64,000 nt of DNA from Candidatus Krumholzibacteriota bacterium. GTDB lineage: Bacteria > Krumholzibacteriota > Krumholzibacteriia > LZORAL124-64-63. The notes beneath the pieces were generated by a model. It did no database searches. It saw only the letters and a program-made list of their open reading frames with translations, and was not told where the DNA came from. This document shows, one piece after another, positions 37,420 through 48,397 of the stretch. Position 1 is the first letter of the stretch, and each line of letters begins with the position of its first letter. A program made the translations under genes and the position numbers. The DNA is taken from positions 13,169-77,168 of the forward strand of contig JAJRWA010000082.1 in assembly GCA_024277025.1 (NCBI GenBank), written 5' to 3'.

Positions 37420-39078
37420 ATGAGCGTCGCTGCTGGACTGTCTCCTGAAATGTGCGACATGGTGATCCAAACCCTGCGCCAGGTCGTCGGCCGGGAACTG
37501 CCGGACCAGAAGATCCTCGAGCTCGACGAGAAGGATCATTTTCCCGATGACGTGATTCGCAAGCTGTTGAGCCCGGACGTGGGGCTGCACCTGATCTTCC
37601 TGCCCGAGGAGAATTGCGGTCTGGGCGGGGGCGCGCGCGATATCTGCCGAGTCAGTGAAGAAATGGCGTCCTGGGATCTGGGCGTGGCGACGGCTTTCCT
37701 GGCCATCTGCCTGGGGACCGACCCCATTCTGGTCGGTGGCACGACGGAGCAGAAGAGCAAGTGGTTGAACCGGATCGCCACCGAGGGCCTGATCGTGGCC
37801 TACGGCGTGACCGAGCCCGAGGCCGGCAGCAATGTCGCCAACCTGAAGACGACGGCGGATCAGATTCTGGACGCCGACGGCAACATCACCGGTTATCGCC
37901 TCAATGGCGCCAAGCAGTTCATCACCAACGGCGGCGTAGCGGAGATCTACACGATCCTGGCCAGGACGCCCGGTGGCCCGAGTTTCTTCGTGGTCGAGAA
38001 GGGCACACCCGGCTTGTCGGTCGGCAAGCACGAGGACAAGCACGGTATCCGGGCCAGCAATACGACCGGCGTGCTGATGGAAGACGTCGAGGTGCCGGCG
38101 GAGAACCTGATCGGGCTTGCCGAAGGCATGGGCCTGAAGCAGGCCAACGCGGTCTTCGGCTACACGCGGCTGATGGTCGGTGCGTTCGGGATTGGCGGCG
38201 GCCAGGCGCCGCTGCGGCGGGCATTGGCCTATGCCAAACAGCGCGAGCAGTTCGGTTCGCCGCTGGTGGAGAAGCAGGGCTACCTGTTCAAGCTGCTGGT
38301 CGACAACTGGATCGATCTGGCGGCCGGCCGCGCGCACATGGAACACGTGGCGCTGCTGATCGACCAGGGCCATACCGACATGGGCACCGAAGGCAGCATT
38401 GCCAAGTTGTGGGGCACCGAAGCCGGGAACCGGGCGGCCGACGCTTCGATCCAGGCCCTGGGCGGCTACGGCTACGCCCGTGAGTACCTGGTCGAGAAAA
38501 TGCGGCGCGACGTGCGGATCACCTCCATCTACGAAGGCACGAGCGAGATCCAGCAGAGCATCATCGCCATGTACCGCTGGAAGGAGACCGTGCGCTCCAA
38601 GGGCGAATTCTACAACAAGCTGGCCGCCGGGATGGACACCCTGCACGACCAGGACGACGCCGTGGGCGCGGCGATGGTGGCGGCGGCGATCCGTGGGCTC
38701 AATGACATTGTGCAGCACATGCACAAGGCGCGCGAGACCCGCAACCAGATCGTCATGTTCACTTTTGCCGACATGATGACCGTCTGCGAAGTGGGGGCGG
38801 CCTTCGCGGGCAAGGCGGCTGCGTTGCGGGCTGCCGGCGCCGCGGACGCTGAATTCATGAGTGCCATGAGCCGGGCTTTCGGCCGCAAGGTGGTGCGCAC
38901 GGTGCGTGACGGCGTGCGGCGCTGCGCGAGCGGACTGGTGGACGCCGGGAATGACGAGGCCATGGCCGGCGCGGAGGCTCTGGTCGAGGCGGTGGAGGAG
39001 CGTTTCCCCCTGGCCCTGACCGCCGGCTTGTGGACCGACATGGCCATCGTTGGCGAAGCTCTGAAGGATATGGACTGA
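37420..39078 (+). CDS. Acyl-CoA dehydrogenase family protein (long form, ~550 aa)
   Basis: ACAD N/M/C domain motifs (YGVTEPEAGSNVANL ... GAKQFITNGGVAEIYT ... IYEGTSEIQQ). Confidence 0.75.
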   Translation: MSVAAGLSPEMCDMVIQTLRQVVGRELPDQKILELDEKDHFPDDVIRKLLSPDVGLHLIFLPEENCGLGGGARDICRVSEEMASWDLGVATAFLAICLGTDPILVGGTTEQKSKWLNRIATEGLIVAYGVTEPEAGSNVANLKTTADQILDADGNITGYRLNGAKQFITNGGVAEIYTILARTPGGPSFFVVEKGTPGLSVGKHEDKHGIRASNTTGVLMEDVEVPAENLIGLAEGMGLKQANAVFGYTRLMVGAFGIGGGQAPLRRALAYAKQREQFGSPLVEKQGYLFKLLVDNWIDLAAGRAHMEHVALLIDQGHTDMGTEGSIAKLWGTEAGNRAADASIQALGGYGYAREYLVEKMRRDVRITSIYEGTSEIQQSIIAMYRWKETVRSKGEFYNKLAAGMDTLHDQDDAVGAAMVAAAIRGLNDIVQHMHKARETRNQIVMFTFADMMTVCEVGAAFAGKAAALRAAGAADAEFMSAMSRAFGRKVVRTVRDGVRRCASGLVDAGNDEAMAGAEALVEAVEERFPLALTAGLWTDMAIVGEALKDMD

Positions 39079-39081
39079 GAA

Positions 39082-39831
39082 ATGACCGGGGCAGCCCAAC
39101 AGCACAGGATCGACGTCTGGCGGCAGCGCCATGAGGCGGCTCCGGCGAGCCGTGCGTTCGCGCCCCTGGCTGACGTGCTGCGGCAAGCCGGTCGTTTCGA
39201 GGAGGCTTTGAGTCTGTTGGAAGAGGGCCTCGTGCGGCATCCGCGGTTCACGGCGGCGCTGGTGATTCTGGGGCATACCCTGCTGGATGCCGGCCGTGCG
39301 GACCACGCCCGCAAGGTGCTGCTGGAAGTCAGGGCGCGGGACCCCGAGAATGTGGTCGCGCTGCGGCTGCTGACCGAGGATGCCCGCAGCCGGCAGGCCT
39401 GGGCCGAGGCCGTGACCCTGCTCGCGGATCTGGTCAGGCTGGATCCCGACGACGAGCGCTGGCCCCAGGCCCTGTCCGAGGCCCGGGCCAACCGGAACCT
39501 GCCCGACCCGGCCGATGTCCCCGAGACTTCGTTTGCGACCATGACGCTGGTGGAGATCTATCTGGCCCAGGGCTATCGGGCCAAGGCCATGACGGCCCTG
39601 CGCCAGATGCAGGTCCGTGAACCGCAACGCGAGGACATCCGGGAGAAGATAGCTGAAATCGGTATTGTCGAAGACAGCGATGAAGCCCGGTCCGCGCCAG
39701 GGATCGGGGTGCCGTCGCCGCTGGCCTATGCACAGCGGCGCGAGTTGATGGCCGCCAAGCGGGCCGAGGAGAAGAAGAGCTTCGAGGAGTGTATCAACCG
39801 GATCCGCACGGACGAAAGCGCGACCTCATGA
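39082..39831 (+). CDS. TPR-repeat protein
   Basis: Several TPR-like helical pairs (FEEALSLLEEGLVRHPRFTAALVILGHTLLDAGRADHARKVL...). No other domain. Confidence 0.55.
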   Translation: MTGAAQQHRIDVWRQRHEAAPASRAFAPLADVLRQAGRFEEALSLLEEGLVRHPRFTAALVILGHTLLDAGRADHARKVLLEVRARDPENVVALRLLTEDARSRQAWAEAVTLLADLVRLDPDDERWPQALSEARANRNLPDPADVPETSFATMTLVEIYLAQGYRAKAMTALRQMQVREPQREDIREKIAEIGIVEDSDEARSAPGIGVPSPLAYAQRRELMAAKRAEEKKSFEECINRIRTDESATS

Positions 39832-40292
39832 GCCGGCCGCTGGTGCATGTACTGGGTGGTCCCAATCTGGGCCGCCTCGGGACACGCCAGCCCGAGATCT
39901 ACGGTCGCACCTCCTGGGCGGAACTGGCCGAGTTGTGCGCACGCTGGGCGGCAGCCGTGGGGCTTGAGTTGGTGTTTGAGCAGACAGATGGGGAAGGCGA
40001 CCTGGTTCAACTGATTCATCGGGCTGCAGACCGGCAGGCCGCCGGCCTGATTCTCAATGCCGCCGGCTACACCCACACCTCGGTGGCGGTGCGCGATGCG
40101 GTGGCCGCGCTGGCGATCCCGGTTATCGAACTGCATTTGAGCAACCCGGACGCTCGCGAGCCGTTTCGTCGGCAGAACCTGCTGGCCGACGTCGTAACAG
40201 CGGGAATTCGGGGGCTGGGAGTGAGCGGGTATCGCCTGGCCCTGGAGGGAATGGCGGACCTGCTGGGCGTCAGGGGCGATGCCCGGGCGTGA
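39828..40292 (+). CDS. aroQ: 3-dehydroquinate dehydratase, type II
   Basis: VLGGPNLGRLGTRQPEIYG ... ILNAAGYTHTSVAVRDA match type II DHQase signatures. Start at MSRPLVHV, giving an ATGA overlap with the TPR gene. Confidence 0.8.
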   Translation: MSRPLVHVLGGPNLGRLGTRQPEIYGRTSWAELAELCARWAAAVGLELVFEQTDGEGDLVQLIHRAADRQAAGLILNAAGYTHTSVAVRDAVAALAIPVIELHLSNPDAREPFRRQNLLADVVTAGIRGLGVSGYRLALEGMADLLGVRGDARA

Positions 40293-40393
40293 ATTCATTG
40301 CCATCGACGGGGACGCGTGTTATCAATAGGCAAATTTTTGGTGGCAATTCGCCCGGAATGGCGGGACCATGAGCAGACGCTGCCAGCAACAGT

Positions 40394-40969
40394 TTGAAAT
40401 GGAGGACGGTTTTGGCCGACACAAGTGATTTCCGCACCGGGTTCACCATGCGCCACAAGGGCGGACTGTGGTCGATTTCCGAATTCCAGCACGTCAAGCC
40501 CGGCAAAGGGCCTGCTTTCGTGCGCACCAAGTTGAAGAACGTCGAGACCGGCAAGGTCGTCGAGAACACGTTCCGAGCCGGTGAAAAGGTTGAAGAAGTC
40601 CGCCTGGAGCGCCGGGAATTCCAGTACCTGTACCCCGACGGCGAGTACTACGTCTTCATGAACACCGAGACCTACGAACAGATCCAACTGCACCAGGATA
40701 CGCTCGGCGATGTGCCCAAGTACATCAAGGAGAGCGACATGTGCAGCGTACTGATGCTGGACGAGAAGCCCCTGACGGTCGAGCCGCCGATGACGGTGGA
40801 GTTGGCCGTGAAGGAAACGGATCCCGGCCTGCGCGGCGATACGGCTCAGGGCGGATCCAAGCCGGCCACGATGGAAACGGGTCTGGTGGTCCAGGTGCCC
40901 CTGTTCATTGAAGAGGGGCAGGTCATCAAGATTGATTCCCGGACCGGAAAATATCTGGGACGGGTCTAG
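40394..40969 (+). CDS. efp: Elongation factor P
   Basis: The [15 protein letters not shown] loop has the lysine-type modification site. Three OB-like domains. The start may be the in-frame TTG at 40412. Confidence 0.85.
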   Translation: MKWRTVLADTSDFRTGFTMRHKGGLWSISEFQHVKPGKGPAFVRTKLKNVETGKVVENTFRAGEKVEEVRLERREFQYLYPDGEYYVFMNTETYEQIQLHQDTLGDVPKYIKESDMCSVLMLDEKPLTVEPPMTVELAVKETDPGLRGDTAQGGSKPATMETGLVVQVPLFIEEGQVIKIDSRTGKYLGRV

Positions 40970-41002
40970 CCGTCCCGGGTTTACCGGACGCTTCAAAGAG
41001 GT

Positions 41003-41521
41003 TTGAAAATGGCCAAGGCAGAACGCAGCGGAGGACAGGACATGGATATCGGCAAAGTCCGCGAACTGGTCAAACTGGTCGAGGAAAGCGGGATCGAGGA
41101 ACTGGAGATCAGTCACCTCGACACCACGATCCGGATTCAGAAATCAGCAGGCCACGTGGCGGCCGGCCCGGCGATGATGCCCGCGCCCATGCCCATGATG
41201 CCGGCGGCGCCGGCGGCTGCAGCCGGGGCTCCGTCTCCCGAGGCGGCACCGGCGGCCTCGGCCGACGCAACCCGGGGCAAGTGGAAGGACGTGCGGTCGC
41301 CCATTGTCGGCACGTTCTATCGCGCCCCCTCGCCGACCAGTCCCAATTTTGTCAACGTGGGGGACCATGTGGCGGCGGGACAGCCCCTGTGCATCGTCGA
41401 AGCCATGAAGGTCATGAACGAGATCGAGGCCGAGTTCGGGGGAACCGTGAAGGAAATCCTGTTGGAAGATGGCTCGCCGGTCGAGGCCGAAGCGGCCATG
41501 TTCCTGATCGACCCGGATTGA
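41003..41521 (+). CDS. accB: Acetyl-CoA carboxylase biotin carboxyl carrier protein
   Basis: A Pro/Ala-rich linker and a C-terminal biotinyl domain with CIVEAMKVMNEIEAE (biotinyl-Lys in AMKVM). Confidence 0.85.
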   Translation: MKMAKAERSGGQDMDIGKVRELVKLVEESGIEELEISHLDTTIRIQKSAGHVAAGPAMMPAPMPMMPAAPAAAAGAPSPEAAPAASADATRGKWKDVRSPIVGTFYRAPSPTSPNFVNVGDHVAAGQPLCIVEAMKVMNEIEAEFGGTVKEILLEDGSPVEAEAAMFLIDPD

Positions 41522-41563
41522 GGCTGACGGTCCGGGACGGCTTTCCCGGGCCCGGCTGAGTCT

Positions 41564-41607
41564 GGAAACCGGCCTGTACCCCTGGTGCAGGCCGGTTTCC
41601 TGCGTTT
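41564..41607 (+). terminator. Rho-independent terminator after accB
   Basis: A 13-bp perfect stem, GGAAACCGGCCTG-tacccctggtg-CAGGCCGGTTTCC, followed by TGCGTTTGGG. Confidence 0.6.
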
Positions 41608-41715
41608 GGGACCGGACTCAAGTTCCCGGGGCCCCGGTCGATGAAACGAGGGAGACGTGGTGGCCCGCTGCCGCCGCGCCACTGCAAGTCTTATCGCTAC
41701 AGGAGAGCCCTGCGC

Positions 41716-42855
41716 ATGGATATCAAGAAGATCCTCAAGGAAATGATCGCCCGCGGCGCCAGTGATCTGCACCTGAAAGTCGCCACCCCGCCCTGTTTCC
41801 GCATCAACGGGACGCTGGTCTATGCGGACTATGAGCCCCCCACCATCCAGGATATGGCGGCGGTGACCCAGCAGATCCTGGCCCCGAGCCAGCGGGAGAG
41901 CTTCGAGGCCACCAAGGAAATCGATTTCGCCTTTGGCGTACCGGGCGTGGCCAGATTCCGGGCCAATTTCTACCTGCAGCGCGGCAGCGTGGCCATGGTT
42001 TTTCGGCACGTGCCGGTGGATATCCAGACCCCGGATGAGCTGGGCCTGCCGCCGGTGGTCAAGGAACTGGCTCTGCGGCCCCGCGGCCTGATGCTGATCA
42101 CCGGGACGGTCGGCAGCGGCAAGTCCACGACCCTGGCCTCGATCGTGGACATCATCAACCGGGAGTCATCCCGCCATGTGATCACCATCGAAGACCCGAT
42201 CGAATTCCTGCATCGGGACCGCAAGAGCATTATTAGCCAGCGTGAAATCGGTTGTGACACTGGAGATTATGGAACCGCCTTGAAGCATGTCCTTAGGCAG
42301 GATCCCGATGTGATCCTGATTGGTGAGATCCGTGACGCCGAGTCGATGAAGATCGCGCTGACGGCAGCCGACACGGGCCACCTGGTCCTCAGTACGATGC
42401 ACACGACGGACGCGACCCAGACGATCAGTCGTATCGTCAGCTTCTTCCCGCCGCACCAGCAGCAGGAGATCCGTTACCTGGTGGCTTCGACCATGCAGGC
42501 GGTGATCAGTCAGCGCCTGGTGGCCGATGCGGACGGCCTGCGTCGTTATCCGGCCTGCGAGATCATGATCGCCACCAGCACGATTCGCGACTATATCCGC
42601 GAATCCGAGAAAACCGTCATGATCCAGCAGGCGATCCAGGAAGGCTTCGTGCAGTACCAGATGCAGACCTTCGACCAGTCCCTGATGCAGCTCTACAAGG
42701 AGCAGAAGATCACCCTGGAAGCCGCGACCCGGGCCAGCAGCAACCCCCACGAGTTCCAGTTGCGGATCAAGGGGATCCAGGCCAGTTCGGACACGACCTG
42801 GGACCGTTTCGAGGATTCGACCAAGGACGATGGCAAGGAAGTCCAGAAGATCTAG
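41716..42855 (+). CDS. pilT: Type IV pilus retraction ATPase PilT (twitching motility)
   Basis: PilT/PilU family motifs (GLMLITGTVGSGKSTT, Walker B VILIGEIRD, LVLSTMHTTDA, and the PilT-specific C-terminal QQAIQEGFVQYQMQTFDQSL). Confidence 0.85.
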   Translation: MDIKKILKEMIARGASDLHLKVATPPCFRINGTLVYADYEPPTIQDMAAVTQQILAPSQRESFEATKEIDFAFGVPGVARFRANFYLQRGSVAMVFRHVPVDIQTPDELGLPPVVKELALRPRGLMLITGTVGSGKSTTLASIVDIINRESSRHVITIEDPIEFLHRDRKSIISQREIGCDTGDYGTALKHVLRQDPDVILIGEIRDAESMKIALTAADTGHLVLSTMHTTDATQTISRIVSFFPPHQQQEIRYLVASTMQAVISQRLVADADGLRRYPACEIMIATSTIRDYIRESEKTVMIQQAIQEGFVQYQMQTFDQSLMQLYKEQKITLEAATRASSNPHEFQLRIKGIQASSDTTWDRFEDSTKDDGKEVQKI

Positions 42856-43079
42856 ATTACGCCGCCGAGATGGCCGCCGGGACCGCTCCCGGCGGCGCCT
42901 TCCCCCTGAGTACGTTCCGCCACAGCTTGTCCGCCGGTCCCGGTGCAGGCCAGAATCTGTCATAATGTCTTGCAACTGGGCAGTGGGGAGGCCAAAATAG
43001 GGGCCGAACTTCAGGGCCCGGACCGGTTGTCCGGCGGGCTTTGCGCTGGTCTATTGTCTCCACCTTCAGGAAGTCGCGC

Positions 43080-44462
43080 ATGTTCAAGAAAATACTCATC
43101 GCCAATCGGGGCGAGATCGCCCTGCGCATCATGCGCGCCTGCCGGGAGTTGGGCGTCCAAAGCGTCGCGATCCATTCGGTGGCAGATGCCCACTCGTTGC
43201 ATGTCAAGTATGCCGACGAGTCGGTGTGCGTGGGCAAGAAGACGAGTGCCGAGAGCTATCTGCGCATTCCCAACATCATCGCCGCCGCTGAAATCACCGG
43301 GGCCGAGGCCATTCATCCGGGCTACGGCTTCCTGGCCGAGAACGCCGAGTTTGCGGAAATCTGCACCGAGAACGACTTCGGCTGGATCGGACCCGATGCC
43401 GCTGTCATCCGCCAGATGGGGGACAAGGCGACGGCCCGCACCATGGCCGTGGAGGCCAAGGTGCCGGTGGTGCCGGGCACCGGCCTGGTTGATTCGGTGG
43501 AAGAGGCGGTGCTCGCGGCCGCGCAGTTCGGCTTTCCGGTGATCGTCAAGGCCACCGCCGGCGGCGGCGGCAAGGGCATGCGGGTGGCCTGGGACGAGCC
43601 CGAACTGCGAAAGAACTACGTGGCGGCCCGGACCGAGGCGGGGGCCGCTTTCGGCAACGACGCGGTCTACATCGAGAAATACCTGGTGAATCCGCGGCAC
43701 GTGGAGGTCCAGCTCATGGGCGACAGCCACGGCAATGTGATCCATTTCGGTGAGCGGGACTGCTCGGTGCAGCGGCGCCACCAGAAGCTGATCGAGGAAG
43801 CCCCTTCACCTGCGGTGACCCCGGAATTGCGGCAAAAGATGGGCGAGGCCGCCGTGCGTCTGGCCAAGCGCGTGGGCTACACGAGCGCCGGTACGGTCGA
43901 GTTCCTGCTGGATGTGGACGGCAGCTTCTATTTCATGGAGATGAACACCCGGATCCAGGTGGAACACCCGGTGACCGAAATGGTCACCGGAGTGGATCTG
44001 ATGAAGTGGATGTTGCGGGTCGCCGCCGGCGAGGCGTTCGACTTTTCGCAGGATGATATCAAGGTCACCGGCCATGCCCTGGAGTGCCGGATCAACGCCG
44101 AGAACCCGGAACGGGACTTCATGCCCTGTCCCGGCCGCGTTTTCTACTACCACGCCCCGGGCGGACCGGGCGTCAGGGTCGATACCCACATCTATTCGGA
44201 CTACATGGTGCCGCCCCACTACGATAGTCTGCTGGCCAAGATCATCACCCACGGCAAGGATCGCGAGGAAGCTGTCGCAAGGATGCGCCGGGCTTTGACC
44301 GAATGTGTATTCGAAGGTCTGCCCACCAGCACGCCGTTCCACCTGGAAGTGCTGAACAATCCGGTTTTCCTGGAGGGGAAGGCCACGACACGTTTCCTGG
44401 AAGAGGAATTGTCCCATCTGCAGGAGGGGTTGCGTGTCAGGGCGAAATCGGAAGAAGGCTAG
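43080..44462 (+). CDS. accC: Acetyl-CoA carboxylase biotin carboxylase subunit
   Basis: [26 protein letters not shown], an ATP-grasp and a biotin carboxylase C-domain ([14 protein letters not shown]). Confidence 0.9.
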   Translation: MFKKILIANRGEIALRIMRACRELGVQSVAIHSVADAHSLHVKYADESVCVGKKTSAESYLRIPNIIAAAEITGAEAIHPGYGFLAENAEFAEICTENDFGWIGPDAAVIRQMGDKATARTMAVEAKVPVVPGTGLVDSVEEAVLAAAQFGFPVIVKATAGGGGKGMRVAWDEPELRKNYVAARTEAGAAFGNDAVYIEKYLVNPRHVEVQLMGDSHGNVIHFGERDCSVQRRHQKLIEEAPSPAVTPELRQKMGEAAVRLAKRVGYTSAGTVEFLLDVDGSFYFMEMNTRIQVEHPVTEMVTGVDLMKWMLRVAAGEAFDFSQDDIKVTGHALECRINAENPERDFMPCPGRVFYYHAPGGPGVRVDTHIYSDYMVPPHYDSLLAKIITHGKDREEAVARMRRALTECVFEGLPTSTPFHLEVLNNPVFLEGKATTRFLEEELSHLQEGLRVRAKSEEG

Positions 44463-46827
44463 AAAGAACAGCAAACCCTGGTACGAGTCGGCCTGGCTGA
44501 GTGGATTGCTGCTGCTGGCGGTGGCCCTGTACATGGGGCTGTCCCTGAGCGGGCCGGTCGGGCCGTGGTGGACCGTGTTGTCCCGTGGCGGCAACGGTGA
44601 TCTGATCCCCAGTGTGAATCCCGGTGGGCCCGTCGGTTCAATCATCAACGTGGCCCTGCATGTGGTCTTCGGCGGTATCTGGTGCTGGGCCTTCCCGCTG
44701 GTGTTGGCGGTGCTGGCGCTGGGATTGCTGACAGGCAGGCAGGCCGTGCTGCGGCCCTGGCTGCTGCGCGCCCTGCCGGTGTGGTTGGTGACCGCGGCCT
44801 GGATCGCCCAGCCGGGCGGCCCCTTGACAGCTGATGCGGGCGTGCGCTGGGGCGGCGCTGTGGGCTACTATCTGGCCAGCGGCTTCCACAGCCTGTTCGG
44901 CATGTGGGGCGGCCGGATCTTCCTGACTCTTTTCCTGCTGGTTACGGTGATTCTGGTCGGCAAGCCCTGGCTGGGCTGGTTGCCGGGGTTCCTGGCCCGC
45001 CTGGGCGGTGGCTTGGCTTGGCTGGGCGCGGGCATCCGTGATGTCATTGTCTGGCCCCTGCAAGCGGTAGCCGCGCTGGCGGTCTCGCTGCGGGAGCAAC
45101 TGCAGGCCAGGAAAGCGACCAGAGCCGAGCGGCGTGAGCAGGCCGCCGCCGCTCCGGAAAACAACGCTCCTCCGTCCGGGGAGCCGGCGACCACTGTGCA
45201 GCCCGTGCGTGAGCGTGTGGTCCACACCGAACCGGTCAAGGAACCCGAAGTGCCGGCGCCCGCCGTCGAAACCCAGGAGGCCCTGGATCTGCCGGGCGCA
45301 GCGGGTGAGTTCAGCGGGGATGAGGCCGCCGTTCCGCCGGTGAACCGGCCCAAACCGAAGCTGAAGCCGAAAAGGAAGAAGGGCCCGATGGCCATGCCCG
45401 GTCTGGATCTGCTGACGCCGGCCGGCCCCGAGACCCGTCAGATAACGACCACGGAACTGGACGCGGCGGCCGACACCCTGGAAGCGACTTTGCGGAGCTT
45501 CGGGGTGGAGGGTGAAGTGAAGGACGTGCGCCCCGGCCCGGTCGTCACCACCTATGAGTACCAACCGGGCCCCGGGATCCGCGTCAACCAGATCGTCCAG
45601 CGCTCCGATGATCTGGCCTTGGCCATGCGCGCCCGCTCGATCCGCATGGAAGCGCCCATCCCCGGCAAGGCGGCCGTTGGTATCGAGATCCCGAATCCGA
45701 CGGCCCGGATGGTCCGGCTGCGGGAAGTCATCGAAGCGACGGGCAGCCGGCAGCGCGAGCCGCTGTCAGTGGTGCTGGGCAAGGACGTCGTGGGGCGGTC
45801 GGTGACCGTGGATCTGGCTTCGTTGCCGCATCTGCTGGTGGCCGGTTCGACCGGCAGTGGCAAATCGGTCTGCCTGAATGCGCTGATCTGCAACCTGATC
45901 ATGCGCAATGATCCGTCGACTCTGCGCCTGATGCTGATCGATCCGAAGATGCTGGAGATGAACGTCTACAATGGCATCCCGCACCTGCTGCTGCCGGTGG
46001 TCACCGATCCGCGCGAGGCCCTGAAGGCCATGCAGTGGCTGGTGGCCCAGATGGAACACCGCTACCGCAGCCTGGCCAAATGGTCCGTACGGAACATCAA
46101 GCAGTACAACGACAAGGTTGCGGCCGGTGAGATCACCGACAAGGAAGGCGACAAAGTCAGCGAACCGATGCCCTACTATCTGTGCATCGTCGACGAGCTG
46201 GCGGATCTCATGCTCCAGCTCGGCAACGATTTCGAGGGGCCGATCGCCCGCATCGCCCAGAAAGCGCGCGCGGTGGGCATCCACCTGATCCTGGCCACCC
46301 AGCGGCCGAGCGTCGATGTGCTGACCGGCGTGATCAAGGCCAATATTCCCTGCCGGATCGCCTTCCGGGTGATCCAGCGCAACGACTCGCGCACGATCCT
46401 GGACATGAACGGGGCCGAACAGCTGCTCGGACACGGCGATATGCTCTACCTGCAGCCGGGCCGGGCGTTGCCCGTGCGTGTGCACGGCTCGTTAATCGAC
46501 GTGGACGAGTGCGAGGCCATCGCGGCCCATTGGCAACAGTACAAGGACCACACCGAGGAGATCTGTCTCAACGATAACCCGTCCGGGGGCGGCATGGTCA
46601 CCGGCGAGGACGATTTATACGAGCAGGCCCGCTCGGTGATCGTGATGCATCAGAGCGGATCGACGAGTCTGTTGCAGCGGCGCTTGCGGATCGGTTACAC
46701 CCGGGCCGGCCGCTTGATGGACATGCTCGAGGAAGCCGGCGTGGTCGGGCCGTTCACCGGCAGCAAGGCGCGCGATGTGCTGATCAAACCCGAGGACCTG
46801 CCGGAGATGAACGAGGGGCAGGCCTGA
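44434..46827 (+). CDS. ftsK: DNA translocase FtsK/SpoIIIE
   Basis: N-terminal transmembrane segments, a Pro/Ala-rich linker, a motor domain ([20 protein letters not shown], Walker [11 protein letters not shown]) and a C-terminal gamma wHTH ([44 protein letters not shown]). Confidence 0.85.
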   Translation: MSGRNRKKARKNSKPWYESAWLSGLLLLAVALYMGLSLSGPVGPWWTVLSRGGNGDLIPSVNPGGPVGSIINVALHVVFGGIWCWAFPLVLAVLALGLLTGRQAVLRPWLLRALPVWLVTAAWIAQPGGPLTADAGVRWGGAVGYYLASGFHSLFGMWGGRIFLTLFLLVTVILVGKPWLGWLPGFLARLGGGLAWLGAGIRDVIVWPLQAVAALAVSLREQLQARKATRAERREQAAAAPENNAPPSGEPATTVQPVRERVVHTEPVKEPEVPAPAVETQEALDLPGAAGEFSGDEAAVPPVNRPKPKLKPKRKKGPMAMPGLDLLTPAGPETRQITTTELDAAADTLEATLRSFGVEGEVKDVRPGPVVTTYEYQPGPGIRVNQIVQRSDDLALAMRARSIRMEAPIPGKAAVGIEIPNPTARMVRLREVIEATGSRQREPLSVVLGKDVVGRSVTVDLASLPHLLVAGSTGSGKSVCLNALICNLIMRNDPSTLRLMLIDPKMLEMNVYNGIPHLLLPVVTDPREALKAMQWLVAQMEHRYRSLAKWSVRNIKQYNDKVAAGEITDKEGDKVSEPMPYYLCIVDELADLMLQLGNDFEGPIARIAQKARAVGIHLILATQRPSVDVLTGVIKANIPCRIAFRVIQRNDSRTILDMNGAEQLLGHGDMLYLQPGRALPVRVHGSLIDVDECEAIAAHWQQYKDHTEEICLNDNPSGGGMVTGEDDLYEQARSVIVMHQSGSTSLLQRRLRIGYTRAGRLMDMLEEAGVVGPFTGSKARDVLIKPEDLPEMNEGQA

Positions 46828-48311
46828 TGAAGAAAGTCTTCTGCGCCACCCTGGGCTGTGACAAGAACCTGGTGGATTCCGAAGCCCTGCTGGGGCGCTT
46901 TGCCCTGCGCGGGGTGCAGGTGGTCGCGGATCCGGACGCGGCCGATATCTGGGTCCTGAACAGTTGCGGGTTCATTGATGCGGCGCGCAGCGACAGTGAA
47001 GAGACCCTGCGCGAATTGTGCGCGGCCAAGGACGAACGCACGCTCGTGGTGTGCGGGTGCTGGTCCCAGGAGCATGGTGACCGGATCCGGGAACAATTTC
47101 CTGAGGTGGACGTGGTCGCGGGAGTGGGGCAATTCGACCAGGTCGTCAGCGCGTGCTTGGGTGAGGAGGCGCAGGCGTCCCCGCCGGCTCCGGCCAATCC
47201 CTTTGAAATGGCCGGGGCCGCCAAGCCCGTGCCGCTGATTGACGACCCCATGGCCGTGCACTACACCGGCATGCTGGACCGCCCGTTGCTGACCCCGTCC
47301 CACGTGGCGTTCGTCAAGATCGGCGAAGGCTGCAACTGTGCCTGCACCTTCTGTCGGATTCCGCTGATCCGGGGGAAGCAGCGCAGCCGGTCCCGGTCCG
47401 AGCTGGTGCAGGAGGTCCGGGGACTGGTGGCCCGTGGCGTGACCGAGATCCAGCTCGTCTCACAGAATACCAGCGATTTCGGCCGGGACACCGGTGAGAA
47501 GCTCTACGATCTGGTCCACGACCTCAACGATATCGCGGGCCTGCGGAGCATCCGGCTGCTCTACCTCTATTCGGGCATGGTCTCGGTTGATGATCTGCGG
47601 CGTCTGCTGGACCTGGAGAAGGTGGCGCCGTACCTCGATCTGCCGATCCAGCACGCTTCGCCCCGCCTGCTGAAGGCCATGAAGCGGCCGGGAGGCAGCA
47701 AGGCCTCACCGCAGTTCTTCCAGGCGTTGCGCGCCCACCGTCCCGATCTGGTCCTGCGCACGACTGCCTTGCTGGGCTTCCCGGGCGAGGAAGAAGAAGA
47801 TGTCGCCCTGCTGGCGGATTTTCTGGCCGCGGTCGAGTTCGACCACCTGGGGACCTACCATTTCTCACCGGAGCGCGGCACCCCGGCGGCCGAACTGCCG
47901 GACCGGGTGCCGGCCGAAGTGATCCTGGACCGCGAAGCCCTGATCATGGACCTGCAGTCGGAGATCAGTCTGCGGCGGCAGGAGGCGCGCCTGGGCCGGA
48001 CCTTCGACCTGGTGATCGACAGCATCGTGGCTCCGGGCAGCGAGGATTCGGTCGGATTGACCGAAGTTGCGGCCTCGCTGGCGGACGGTGTGTGGCGGAG
48101 CGAGCGGGAACGCGAGGCGTTTGCCGGTGTAGTGCAATCTGGAGTTTCGTTTGCGGTCGGTCGGAGCTATCATTTCGGCTATGATCTGGACGGAATCGTG
48201 ATCATGCCGCTGGCTGTTGACGGTGCCTGCCGGCCGGGGCAATGGCTGAAGGTTTCGTTCGCCGGCGTAACGGCTTACGACACCTGGGCGACCCTGGCAG
48301 GATCTGACTGA
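46827..48311 (+). CDS. rimO: Ribosomal protein S12 methylthiotransferase RimO (MiaB-like radical SAM, with TRAM)
   Basis: MTTase N-domain cysteines (LGCDKN...LNSCGF...VVCGC), a radical SAM CxxxCxxC (EGCNCACTFC) and a C-terminal TRAM domain. About 490 aa. Confidence 0.7.
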   Translation: MKKVFCATLGCDKNLVDSEALLGRFALRGVQVVADPDAADIWVLNSCGFIDAARSDSEETLRELCAAKDERTLVVCGCWSQEHGDRIREQFPEVDVVAGVGQFDQVVSACLGEEAQASPPAPANPFEMAGAAKPVPLIDDPMAVHYTGMLDRPLLTPSHVAFVKIGEGCNCACTFCRIPLIRGKQRSRSRSELVQEVRGLVARGVTEIQLVSQNTSDFGRDTGEKLYDLVHDLNDIAGLRSIRLLYLYSGMVSVDDLRRLLDLEKVAPYLDLPIQHASPRLLKAMKRPGGSKASPQFFQALRAHRPDLVLRTTALLGFPGEEEEDVALLADFLAAVEFDHLGTYHFSPERGTPAAELPDRVPAEVILDREALIMDLQSEISLRRQEARLGRTFDLVIDSIVAPGSEDSVGLTEVAASLADGVWRSEREREAFAGVVQSGVSFAVGRSYHFGYDLDGIVIMPLAVDGACRPGQWLKVSFAGVTAYDTWATLAGSD

Positions 48312-48397
48312 GCGGTTGGAAGCCGTGGCGTTGCCGCCTCGGGCTTGTGGCCCAAGACTTGGAAGACGGGGACATGACGAAATCAGGAAGGGCAAGC

